Assembly (NCBI RefSeq): GCF_006345805.1
Contig: NC_042997.1
Coordinates: 74,648,001 to 74,712,000, forward strand
DNA from: Octopus sinensis
Taxonomy: Eukaryota
Direction of reading: 5' to 3'
DNA: 64,000 nt
Shown: positions 11,779 through 23,705 of the stretch, piece by piece
Layout: each line of letters opens with the position of its first letter
Position numbering within the stretch: the stretch's first letter is position 1
The notes under the pieces: model-generated
Database searches by the model: none
Seen by the model: the letters and a program-made list of their open reading frames with translations, nothing else
Told to the model about the DNA's origin: nothing
Translations under genes and position numbers: made by a program

Positions 11779-12623
11779 CTAAACAAGAAAATTAATGATA
11801 GTAAAAAATGTTAACAGAATAGTAAAATAATTCTTACACTGATTTACAGGAGGAAAATGAATGAGAAATAAAGAACTTAGTAATCAAATTGTTGTATGAA
11901 AATCATCATAATTCTGCATGTTTTATTCCAAACAAAATAATTATGCTACTTACATTAATTACAACAGAAACACAAAATTTTTACTTCTTTATATTTTATT
12001 TACATTTCAATAACTGACTGCAATAAGAGGTAGCACATACACACACATCATTATACATAAGTAGTATATGATGTTCGCAACACACAGGTATAAATAACAC
12101 ACCTCTTCATTTAAAACCCATACATGCTTAGAAACAGATGCATAAGGATCTCCTTATTGTTGCTGAAATACATCTGGCATCTAGAAGGCAGTGATATCAA
12201 CAACCCAACCAACAAGTGGAGCATTGGTATTGCAACACAAATGAATGAGGTATAAAATGTAATCTGTGTATGACTGAAAATAAAACATCCTTGCCATAAC
12301 TTGTCAAGACTGAATTAAACATTGCTATGCTCTGAATAGTAAAACTTCTTTTCAGTCCAAATCTAATAAACTGATGCTTGAAAAAATTCACCTTAAAGTC
12401 AAAACTGATTCAATCAAATCTTTCACTATTTCCTGACCTACATGTCAGAAAGTTTAGTTTGCAGTCATTCAAGTACACTCTTGTCCCAGGTGATAGTGAT
12501 AGCTGATATCCTTGTTGGAGGAGGTCCCACATGAATCCATTTATCCCATTATCTGTTGTTGCTGCTGCTGTACTGCTGCTAGCATCACCACTATGCTTAC
12601 TATTATTATTATCATTAGTAGAT

Positions 12624-12835
12624 GGCAAGCTGGCAGAATCATTAGCATGCCAGGTGAGATGCTTAGCGGTATTTCATCTGCTGCTACGTTCTGAGTTCAA
12701 ATTCCACCGAAGTTGATTGCCTTTTATCCTTTCAGGATTGATGAATTAAGTACTAGTGAAACACTGGGGTCAATGTAATCAACTAGTCCCCTCCTGCCAA
12801 ATTTCAAGCCTTATGCCTTTAGTAGAAAGGATTAT
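12624..12835 (+). mobile_element. tRNA-derived SINE (family S1)
   Basis: Head ggcaagctggcagaatc, B-box-like gagttcaaattcc, (att)n tail. Confidence 0.7.
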
Positions 12836-13010
12836 TATTATTATCATTAGTACAGCTACTAACATTACCATTGGTACAAATCACAAACTGGAATTTTTCA
12901 TACTCAGTAAACAAGGCTTACATTAGGGCTGACTCAGATGATTCCACAGACTTGATGTCCATAAACTAAGTGTGAACAGTACTTATATGCAAAGCATCAC
13001 TGTTATCCCT

Positions 13011-13224
13011 TTAATACTGATTTCAAATTTTGGCACAAGGCAAGCAATTTGGGGGAAGGAGTTAAGTTGATTACATTGGTCCTAGTGTTCAACTGATACT
13101 CATTTTATAGACCCTGAAAGGATGAAAGATAAAGTCGACTTTGATGGAATTTGAACTCAGAACACGTAAACAGATGAAATGCTGCTAAGCATTTTGCCTG
13201 GCATGATAACAACTGTGTCAGCTC
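13011..13224 (-). mobile_element. tRNA-derived SINE (family S1), inverted relative to the 12624 copy
   Basis: Reverse complement contains cttagcagcatttcatctg...ttctgagttcaaattccatcaaagtcgactttatctttcatcctttcagg and aligns to 12660-12740. Confidence 0.7.
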
Positions 13225-13880
13225 TCTCTAATATTAAAATTATTTTAATATCATTATTATTACTATCAATATCTTTACCATTATGTTACCATTGTGTAAT
13301 TATTATCATGTCCTGTTGATTTTTGACATGATCAATTTAAGGCTACTTTTTCAATACTAATCTCCTAATATAATAATGAGTGTAGTGTTTTTATATATTT
13401 GCATATATATATTTGTCCAAAATCGCAGAGTAGGAGTAAATGGTGAAGGGAGAAGAAAGGAAATAGTAATTCAGTGAAGGAGAAGTAATGAGAGTAATAG
13501 CCATGATTGAGCGGGAATGAGAGAAAGTAACAGCAATGAGAGAGAGGAAGTGGCAAAGAGAGCATTGTGTATCTTCTACTATAAATATCTACTATAAAAA
13601 TACTCATGTATTTCTCCAACACAACATATGAATGAAAAGGGAAGGGGTGATCCACTGATGGAAGTGGGATGGTAAACAGTCAACAGTGAAGCAAAAATCA
13701 AACAGCGCTTCAGCTCTATGTGGGTATATGTGTATGAATGTAAATGGGAGGAATGTGAATGTTTGTGTGTGTGTATGGGTTTGAGTAAAATATATTTAGA
13801 TATTTGAGCGAGTGCATATGTGTTTGTGTATGTTTATTAAGAAAGATACATAAAAAATAGAATTACAGACATGCGCTTTT

Positions 13881-13931
<51 letters not shown>

Positions 13932-14399
13932 AACAGACAGACTTAAAAAGAAGGAAGTGGGCTGTGACAAAGTAGAGAAAACTACATTCGCTACAGACTG
14001 TACTACTCATACATATAAATGTGTGCATATGCACATATGCATGCACGCACAAACACACACACAGTTGAAGCACAATTTGATTCTTTTTCACCTTTTTGTA
14101 CCCTTTTTAATTATAAACTACTACAGTTAGCCATCATTTTTGATGGTATGGGGTCAGCTAGTGATAAAATAATCATTAATGTTTACATTCTAATGATTTT
14201 TTTTTCTTTCTTTGCTGATTACTATACACCATAGGGGTTAAATCTGTAGTGGTTTTTATAACTTAAAAATGAATTTAGATTAGGCCCATATCAAGTCACC
14301 ATACGTTGTATCAATTCTAAAGAGATAGCAATGGAGATAGCAATGGAAGCAGTATCCATATCTCGGCACATATTCGCTGCATGCCCTAAGTAGACATAA

Positions 14400-14830
14400 T
14401 ACTTTACTTGATTTCATCACTTCTCACCTCTATTTGGCCTTAGGCTACATCTTCCAACTGCATATACTTATTTTCATACTGGTCATTCTGAGATCTGCTA
14501 AACTCCTAGTATTCAGCTCTCAATGTCATCTTCAAATTGGAAGTTTGTTAGTTGCTCACCACTGATGTTCACACCACCTCCCCAGTCAATGTCCTTTATG
14601 ATCTAGACATGTGGCAAAGTGTTTTGGAGAGATGATATCTCCTTGATCGACACCCTTCTCAATTAGGACCTTTACTGGAGGTGATAGCAGAGCTTTATCA
14701 GTTGTGCATCTAGAGTTCACATCTCGGACCAGTTTGATGGATTGTGTCTTGACACTTTGCATTACCAGAAATTTCAACACTGCATTCATCTTGATGCCAT
14801 CGAAGGCCTTTCCATAATTAATAAAAGTAA
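14400..14830 (-). mobile_element. RT fragment of another RTE-like LINE
   Basis: Encodes KGVDQGDIISPKHF (GVxQGDxxSP motif), an upstream FINYGKAFD-like motif and a downstream QFEDDI-like motif. Heavily decayed. Confidence 0.65.
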
Positions 14831-15268
14831 TTCGTTTATTTGTTCTATGAGCTGTGCAAGAATATGCTCTCTCATATAATGCTCAACCACAGCAGATCCT
14901 CAGGGAACACTTTATTGTATCAAGTTACAGATAGCTATCAACTTCATTACCTTACAGTTGTTTCTGCTATAATCTAAATATCCAAATGAAAATTTACACA
15001 AGATGAGTGATCAAAGGTCTAAATTATCTGCAAGTAGGGAAATATGGAATGAGGCTCTTATTAGAAGTACCTATAAAAAAAAAAGTATTACCAACTCAAG
15101 ACCCCAAAATCACTCTAAGTATTCATACAATGCAAGCACAGATAAATCAACACAAAAATCTTCCACATGTACACACATAAAGACCTCTTCTAGCAACCTG
15201 AATATTTCTAAAACTCAAAACTCCAAGACAAAAGCTCACTAGCTTCCAGTTACTACAAACATTTATGA

Positions 15269-18200
15269 CTAGAATGACCTGTCATTTATTGATGTAAATT
15301 ATATTTTATTACCAGATGTATATAATGTAAATAACAATTTAAATTTTTTTTAAATATGATAAATTAATTTAACAATAATAACTCATAATATCGATAAAAT
15401 GCCAATATTGAGAATAATTTTTTTTTTAAATCGAACTGTTGTCCAGGTTTTTTTTCCTTCTTTTTTTTTAATCCAAAGAACTTCATCATAAACAATGTTT
15501 TTAACTTTTTAATCTTCTGTGTAATAATAAAAATTATTAGGATCTCCCAATCTCAAAAAGGATACATATAGTTGTCCATGAGAAAATACTTCATTTTTAA
15601 GATTGAAACCAACTTTTTTAAATGTTTGGCCTTGTGATTTATTTATTGTTATAGCAAAGGATAGTCTAACTGGAAATTGTAATCTTGTAAACCTCACTGG
15701 TTCCTCTGCAGTTAATTTAATCCTTGGTAATAATACTAATCCATTTTTGTACTTTCCATTTAGTATTTTTGCTTCAGTTACATTATTTGTAAGGGATTCC
15801 ACTATTAACCTTGTTCTATTGCATAACTTTGGAGTTTGTAAATTTCTCAAAAGAATAATTGGAGCGCCTTTCTTCAAATTCAATTCATATTGTGGAAATC
15901 CTGATATTTCTAATGAATTTAAGAATTCAATGGGAAAATCTACTGCTTCATTTGTATCTATTACTTGATCTGTAGAATTGTATGTTCTTAATCTATGTTC
16001 TATTTTGTTAAGTAATTGCATATTAATAGTATCAACATCCTCATTTTTAGCAATTAAAATTATTCTTTCTGATACTCATTCTGTATTAGTGTAATTAACA
16101 GCAATGTCCTCAAAAATAAATATTTCTAAATCAATTTCATTCTCAACTCTATTTCCCACTGGTAATAATATCATGTGATTGCCATCACTTGGGATCCTAT
16201 TTTCTCCTACTTCTAATAGTTTATTTGCAAAGTCCTGTAAGTCATTATTTCTTAAGATATGCACTCTCATATTAATTCTTAAAGACAATTTGTGAAATAA
16301 TGACCATAAATTGGATACCTTGATTGATGCATCTATTTCATCAGCTTTTGAACCTGTTGTATTTATCTAAAATCACCAGCTAGTAAAACAGGGATACCAC
16401 CAAATGGTAAATTATTGCTTTTAATTTTTTTTAATGTTTTATCAACAGCCTCTAATATCTTTTTGTGCGACATTGCAACTTCATCCCATATTAATACATT
16501 ACAATTTTCTGATGTTAATCAAATTCTACTATTTCTTCTAATTGATGTTGTAAATTCAATCATATATTGATGATGAAAATGGTAATTTAAATATTGAATG
16601 TACTGTTTTTCTATTGTCTATTAAAGTTGCTGCTATTCCTGAAGAAGCAGCTGCTATACTTATATCATCGTTCATTTTATGGTTTGCAAGTAAAAGATTT
16701 ATCAAGAATGTTTTTCCAGTTCCATCTAGAGTAACTAAAAAGTATAATCTTTGTTCATTTCCATTAATTATTGAGTCTTTGATTGTAGTATAAATAAGTC
16801 TTTGTTCTTCATTCAACAATAGCTCATACACTTCTACAAAGTTTCTTATTTCTAATAGTTCATTTACTGTTTAAATATTGTTGACTTCTAGTTTAGCATA
16901 AATCAGTTCAGGTTGTCTTATTTCAGTCAGAGTCTTTTGTCCTATTTCATACAAAAGAGCTTGAAGCTTGTGTAAAAGTTTGCTGTATAATATTTTTTCA
17001 TCATTTATTTCTTCTTGTTGATTGTTTGTCAACTGATTTAGAATATCAACTGACATTGGTTGTTTAAATTTTTCATATAATGCTACAGGGTTAGAAGGAC
17101 TGCAATGAATAAGAATTATTACAAATAAGTAAATCACCCGGCATGGTAATTTTGTGGAAACAGTTTCTCTAAGTACTAGTTTTAGATGACTGTCTCCTTG
17201 TAACAATCCCCTTGCCAAACATGCTTCTCTAAATGTATTATAAACAATGCCATAATATGTTTTTACGTGTTTGAAAGATTTGGGACCTCTAACTACATTC
17301 AACAATAATCTCAAACAAAAACATTCTGTTTGATTAGATGGTACAGTGTAAATTCTAGAACTTATTTGCACAAATCTACCATTCAGTCTTCTTTTCCATA
17401 ACAATAAAGTTCTTGCAAATTCATCATTTTCATTCAATTTGAAGAATGAAGTTCAAGTAGTATTTTTTTGATTTCTAAATCTTTGTTCAATATTATTACT
17501 GGTAAAGTATACTCTTTGGCCATTTTCTAAATGTATCTCCAATTGTTGAACAGCCGGATATCGCATGTGAATATTAAGTTGAAAGATTTTCCAAGCAGCC
17601 TCATTACTGTTGAGATAACGTCCTGCCACAAAGTTATTAACTTCATTATATTTTTCATTATTCTAAGTAGAGCAGCACTGCTACCTTTATTGAAGTATTT
17701 TATTACATATACAATGGATTGAACAGAGCATCAAAGGTCAACATTAATGTGGCCTTTAAATGCTTTCAAATGTAATGGATTGTAAGGTACAATCCACCTA
17801 ATGTCAATTGTATACATTTTTGAGTTTGTTATTGTTACTGTTCTTCCACCATCTTCTGTATTTCTCCGTCTGTATAAAGGGTATTCAGTGACATATGTTC
17901 TGGTTTCATAAACGAAATATTTTGGGTAATATTTTCCACATTTTCCATTATTCATACATGGAGATTTTTGATTTAATAAACCATATGGACCATGAAACCT
18001 TTGTGTGGTAACAACAACACAAAGATCAGGATCATAAATGGATTGGGAATTTCTGCATAGATTACTGAATTAAATTGATTTGGATAAAGGTTTTGCTCTA
18101 ACCTAAATAAGAGCATGTGGTAAACCTCTTTTCTGCCATTCTACTGTATATATGTAGGCTTTTGTTTTTCCAAATATTCCACCACCCTTTTCAACCAATA

Positions 18201-20069
18201 ATTTCATCATTTTATTCAACGTTTGCTTGAAAACTCTGGCAATTATGTTATGCCTATCTTTGTTTTTTTTGTCCTTTGTACATGTTCTCTTTGATTTCAT
18301 CCCATTTCAGATTACAAGAGAATATTATGAATAAATCAGGCCTACCGTATTCTCTCACATAACACATTGCATCTTGAGTTCTTAGACTTCCAACAAAAGT
18401 AAAAGGTAAAATTACAGCCCTACCTAATTCTTGTGGATTGAGTAATCCTTCATTATTTAAATCATCTTTTAAAAGAGAATATTCTTCAACCCTGAATTTG
18501 GTTTGGTGTCCTTTAATGTATAATAAATATTCAAATTCAGTTTTGGCATACATATCAACTAAATACATTTGGAACAATCGTTTACATCTTAGAATTTGAT
18601 TACAACTGTTTCTTACTCGTAAATAATAGGCTAATACTGCTTGCATGTGACTTACTTATTTGGAGCTGTTTGATTTGTATTTGGGTTGTATAAAGGTAAA
18701 TCTAATGAATAGCCATCATTTCCTCTCCAATGCACCAAAAGGATAATGTAATGGATCATAGGATCTATGTAATTCATTGATTTTCCTTACAGTATTATCT
18801 TTATAGGTAAAAATTATGTTCCAACCATTACTAAACCCACATCATTAGATACTTGGTCTTTGTACCTTTGTGCATGCTCACCAGCTGGTACTCTATCTGC
18901 ACAAATTGACAATTTAAGATTTGGTTTGTTAACCAAAGATGCCATAGTTTTAATTTGTCTAATAAACTCATTATTTTCCAAAAACATCTCTTGAATATCT
19001 CTTGTAGTGTGTAACTTTGTTGCAGGAAATCTACTATTTCTGATATTAATTTGGTCATTTAAATCATCAATAAAATAAACTTGAGCATATTTAGGAATAT
19101 TTTTATCTGTATTATACAATGAACTTATTCTATGGTAAATTTGACCTTGTATTTTGAAAACTGGCATGAATCCCACTGGAGATGTTGATTCACCAACTCC
19201 AAAGGATGTCATTGAAAATAATTCATTATATTTTTTAATAACTTTTAAAAAGTTTTTGGAATCCAGATTTTCTCTCAAGCATTAGTTCATTTAAAGGTTC
19301 AGGTGGTCTTTCAAACAAATTTAATTTAACTTGACCATTTGAACAACATAATCCTTTATGTTCACCCTTAAATAGTTTTGTGCACCAATGCTTACAAACT
19401 ACTGACATTGTTCCTAAATTTGATAGAGTATCATAATTTTTAGTTGGATCATAATCAAATGCTGCATTTGTAAAGGATTTAACAGAAGTACATAGTTCAG
19501 CATATCTTGATCTTTGCCCCATAGTCTGAAAATTTCTTCTCACAATGTGCAAAATTCTAATTTCCTCTCTTATTTCTTGTGTTGAATTTTCTCTCAACAC
19601 TTGGTGAGCCAATCTGTATTCTTCTCTAATTTCATTCCTTCTTTGAAATGACAGTCTTTCTCGTCTTCGTCTTTGATACTCTTGATTTCTTGCTCTCTGA
19701 AATTCTTTCTCTTCTTCATCCATTTCATTTCTTTTTTGGCATTTTCTTGCTGAGGCATTTAAAATTTTCCTAGCATCATTTACTAATTACACTTATAGTT
19801 TGTTGTTTAAATTATTAGTTGCATTATTTAAGTTCTGGTCAGTAATGATGAAAGGGTTATCAATATTATGAGCAGTATTAATATTGATAACATAATTTTC
19901 TGAAACAACGCTATTATTAAATGAATTTATATTGTTTGCTTCCATGGCAATCATTATATATACCATTTAAGTTATTATCATTATTGATAACGTGATTTTC
20001 TAAAGTGACACTATTATTAAATGAAGCTATTGTCTGCTCACATGTAATATATGGCTGCTATTTCTAGGA
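15269..20069 (-). mobile_element. Decayed autonomous Helitron (Rep + PIF1 helicase pseudogene)
   Basis: N-terminal Cys cluster CKHW...LCCSNGQV. QGQIYHRISSL, YGRPDLFIIFSCN, Rep motif VEWQKRGLPHA, WIVPYNP, YVIKYFNKG. Helicase GTGKTFL, KLCNRTRL, FAITINKSQGQT, FSHGQLYV. 3' end aatgac-ag-gtcatt then CTAG^T at 15269-15272. The 5' TC at 20069 is tentative. Confidence 0.92.
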
Positions 20070-20414
20070 TGTCCAGCTTAAACTTCAGATGGAGTTTGAG
20101 AATGGCAACTGACAATATGAACACTGGAGGGTGTAACAAAGAATTTAGAAATGTAGTTCACCTTAATGTTGACTTTAGACATTGTATTTGGGAAGAGCTC
20201 TAAGATTAATAATTATCAAGCAAAAGTGGGATGATTCTAAAGCATTAAAAAGCTATTGACTGTTCACAATTTGTAAGCTAATACTTTGGTTATTTCCAGT
20301 TAATCTTGCTTTTAAACGGTGTTTGTCATGTGCGTGCAAGCACATCTGTGAGTGTATGTGAGGGAGAAAGGAAAGCACACACACACATATATATATACAT
20401 GTGTATATATAGAA

Positions 20415-20454
<40 letters not shown>

Positions 20455-20458
<4 letters not shown>

Positions 20459-22430
20459 TGGCTGTCCACTCGTGATCGAGGAAGACCATTACTGACCTTC
20501 AGGAACATTGTGCACTCTAGGACTAACTTGTATTTTGCATTTGCAGCTCCATTGGTGGCTAATGAACCCTGCTCTTGACAAGCATACATGACTGCAAACA
20601 TTGCAAACCAAGCTTTCCCCATTCACTACACAAGCAGTGCACTTTCGAGCAGCATGCTTAAGTTCTTCATGCAGAATATGTGCTCTCTCAAAGGTGTCGA
20701 CCCCTTTTTTAACCTACTTCCTCCATCTGTGACAATGACAGGCATTGCTCTCCCAGTCACTCTCCTGTATATCACAGGCCTTTTATGAGGACTTGACACA
20801 GTCCTTAAATCGTAGCCTTAGTTTCTACTGGGGCCTCTTTCCATTTACAAGTTCCCCATATAGCATCTGCTTAGGAATCCTGCTATCCTTCATAAGGTGT
20901 CCAGTCCAACATAACCAATGCTTGTGCACCATCACCTCAATACTCAAGATATCAGCTGTCCTCAGGACCTGTGTGTCTGGAGTTTTTTAAGTTCCAGCCA
21001 ACATTAAGAATGTGTCTCAGACATCTCTTATGAAAGCGTTGAAGGACCCTTACATGATGTTTATAAAGGGTCCATGTCTCACATGAGTAAAGGAGCAATG
21101 TCTGTACACATGCACGGTATACAGCAATTTTTGTTTGCTTTATGATGCCATGCTGGGACCAGACATGAGACTGTAGAGACTGGAAGGAATCAGTTGCTTT
21201 CTGCAGCCTGAAATATATTTCATCATCCAGGGAGCAAGAATGGCTGAGTGTGCTGCCCATAGAGACAAACTTGTCTACCACTTTCAGAATTGTTCCTTCA
21301 ACCAAGATAGCTGGCTCTACATATAGATTTCTTAGTGCAGGCTGGAACATTACAATAGTCTTGTCCAGGCTAATGCTGAGTTCAAATGCTTTGCAAGAAG
21401 CAGAAATACAATTCATAAGTATTTGCATGCCATCCACTGTATGAGTGACTAAGTCACAGTCATCTGCATAAAGGAAGTCACAAATAAGTGACTGGAAAAC
21501 TTTTGAATTGGCAGCAAATCAGCAAAGATTAAAGAGGCAGCCAGAAGATCAATACCTGACATATATTCCCAGAGAGTTTACCTTAGCAAAAGCATGAGTA
21601 AAAGCAGCAGCAAAGTACAAAGTTGGAACACGGATATCACCCTGCCTGACACCATTCTCTACAGGAATGTGTCCCACCATACCACCACCAACATTGACCC
21701 AAGCCTCCATCCCATCATGAAATGATTTAATTATAGATACAAAGTGATCCAGATATCCAAGTTTGCCAAGTATTTTCCATGATATTCACAATATCAAAGG
21801 CCTTTGTTAAATCAATGAATATCTGAACAAGATCCATATTCTGCTTATAGCTCTTCTGCATTTGTCTTGTTGTGGAAATCTTATCCATTGTCCCTCTACA
21901 AGATCGGAAGCCACATTGAGATTCAGATAGGACATCATTTACAAGACACCATTCAGGCGGGTAAGAAGAAGATAGTAGAGCAATACCTCTGTAGTTACCA
22001 CACATTGTTCTGGCTCCTTTTCTTTTATAGAAAGGAAGAATAATTACATCATTCCAGTCCTTAGGCATTGCACCATCCTTCCAGACTGCACTAATAAGTT
22101 CATGAAGGGACTGTATGATGTAATCACCACCAAATCGCAAGACCTCAGCACAAATTCCATCCCTTCCAGGCGCCCTACTAAGATTCTCTTTACTTATTGA
22201 TGTCATTACCTCATCTATTGAGGGCATGGAATTTAAGGAGCGAATGATAGGTCTTTGTTGCATAGTATCAATCACTATTTCATCCACAACTGACACAGGG
22301 TTTAGGAGTTCAGAAAAGTGTTCGATCCAGTGACCTGTGATTTCTGTTGATTTAGTAAATAGAGTAAGAAGACTCCTTGGAAAGCAAAGGAATTGATGTG
22401 GAGCTCTTAGGCCCATAAACTTGTTTCATA
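20455..22430 (-). mobile_element. RTE/BovB-like LINE (family B), 5'-truncated and internally deleted
   Basis: SESQCGFRSCRGTMD, FIDLTKAFD, GVRQGDIRVP, YADD (tatgcagatgac), TKIAVYRAC...LLYSCETW, and C-terminal CNVCSHVCLSRAGFISH zinc knuckle. Ends at a (TA)n tract. Confidence 0.9.
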
Positions 22431-22484
22431 AGATGGTAAAGCTTCTTGCTGTCATTTGCATCAGTAGCAGCCTGACTGCCACAA

Positions 22485-22570
22485 CAACAGCAGCAGCAGC
22501 AGCAGCTGCAGTAGCAACAGCAGCAGCAGTAGCAACAACAGCAACAACAACAGCAACAAAAACAACAATG
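22485..22570. repeat. (CAG/CAA)n trinucleotide tract, intronic
   Basis: acaacaacagcagcagcagcagcagctgcagtagcaacagcagc... Confidence 0.9.
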
Positions 22571-22883
22571 ATTTGAGGATTTTAGTTTTCAGAGACAATG
22601 GAACCATGTAACATGTTATTTTTCATTCAATATTCTCCTAAAAAAGATTGATAAGTGAACTTCTTTAATTCTATGTATCATGTCATATTTTCTCCAAATA
22701 GTCATAGTGTTTGGTGGCTATCACTACAGTTCATTAATATTTGCCTGAAGGATAAGACATGGATAAGAGGTAAAGTTAATTCAATAAATTAAGTAAAATT
22801 AAATATGTCTTTAGGAAAATTTAACACTATTCTACAAAATGTTTTTTCACGAGAAAAAGCTACAAAAATAAGTAAAATACTAC

Positions 22884-23129
22884 CTGATTTTCTTCCAATA
22901 TTTCTATTAGTTCTTCACTAGTATGTAATAAGGTAAGACCAGTTCTAGAATGTTTGACATGTTCAAATTCTTGAACTGCCCAAGTTTCATTAATATCTTT
23001 AAGAAATTTTTCCATAGTAGTTTCTTTGCCAGCTTTATCTACAATGTTTTTAACTTCATCTTCGTAATTATGTAGATTTAAAGACATAAGATCTGCTAAT
23101 GTAGTTGTTTCATCCATTTTGATGTTAAC
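22884..23129 (-). CDS. DNAH9/11/17-like: Dynein heavy chain exon (DHC_N2)
   Basis: Encodes VNIKMDETTTLADLMSLNLHNYEDEVKNIVDKAGKE...EELIEILEENQ. Acceptor ttttcag|GTT, donor CAG|gtagta. 246 nt, phase 0-0. Confidence 0.97.
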
Positions 23130-23705
23130 CTGAAAAGTAATGAAAATAAGAGTAAATAAACTTTAAAAATTAGATTTTGCTGATACCAATAATAAAATAC
23201 TGAAAATATAGATTTCTTTTGGCTACATACAAAAGTCTTCAATTTGAAGGGAAGAAATTATAGGAAGATGTGCCAAATATAACTTTTCAAGCGACATCAG
23301 TAGAATAAGCGATGTAAAAGAATTTCACCTACTGACAAAGATTGTTTTTTCTCCCACTACTTATTACTATTCATGCATTTAACAAAGAAGCTGGTTCACT
23401 TACTTATTCCCTGAAATTCAAATAATTTGTAACTATTTCTCATCTTAAATAAGAGGCAAATACAAAAGCTGTAGATACACATATCAGTTGGTGTCCAAAC
23501 CCAAAGAAAGCCATTAAAGTTAAATTCAGTGAATATGACATCAAAGAAGTAGTCTTATATTCTTTCTCCTCTTTCCACTTTTGCTCAGTGTAATGCTAAG
23601 CCCCACAATCAAGAAAGAAAGAAAAAATCCCATCTGCCTCTCTAGATGATTGTTTACAATGGCTTCACATCCTTTCTTGTGGGGTCTGGTCCTGGTTTTT
23701 AATCA

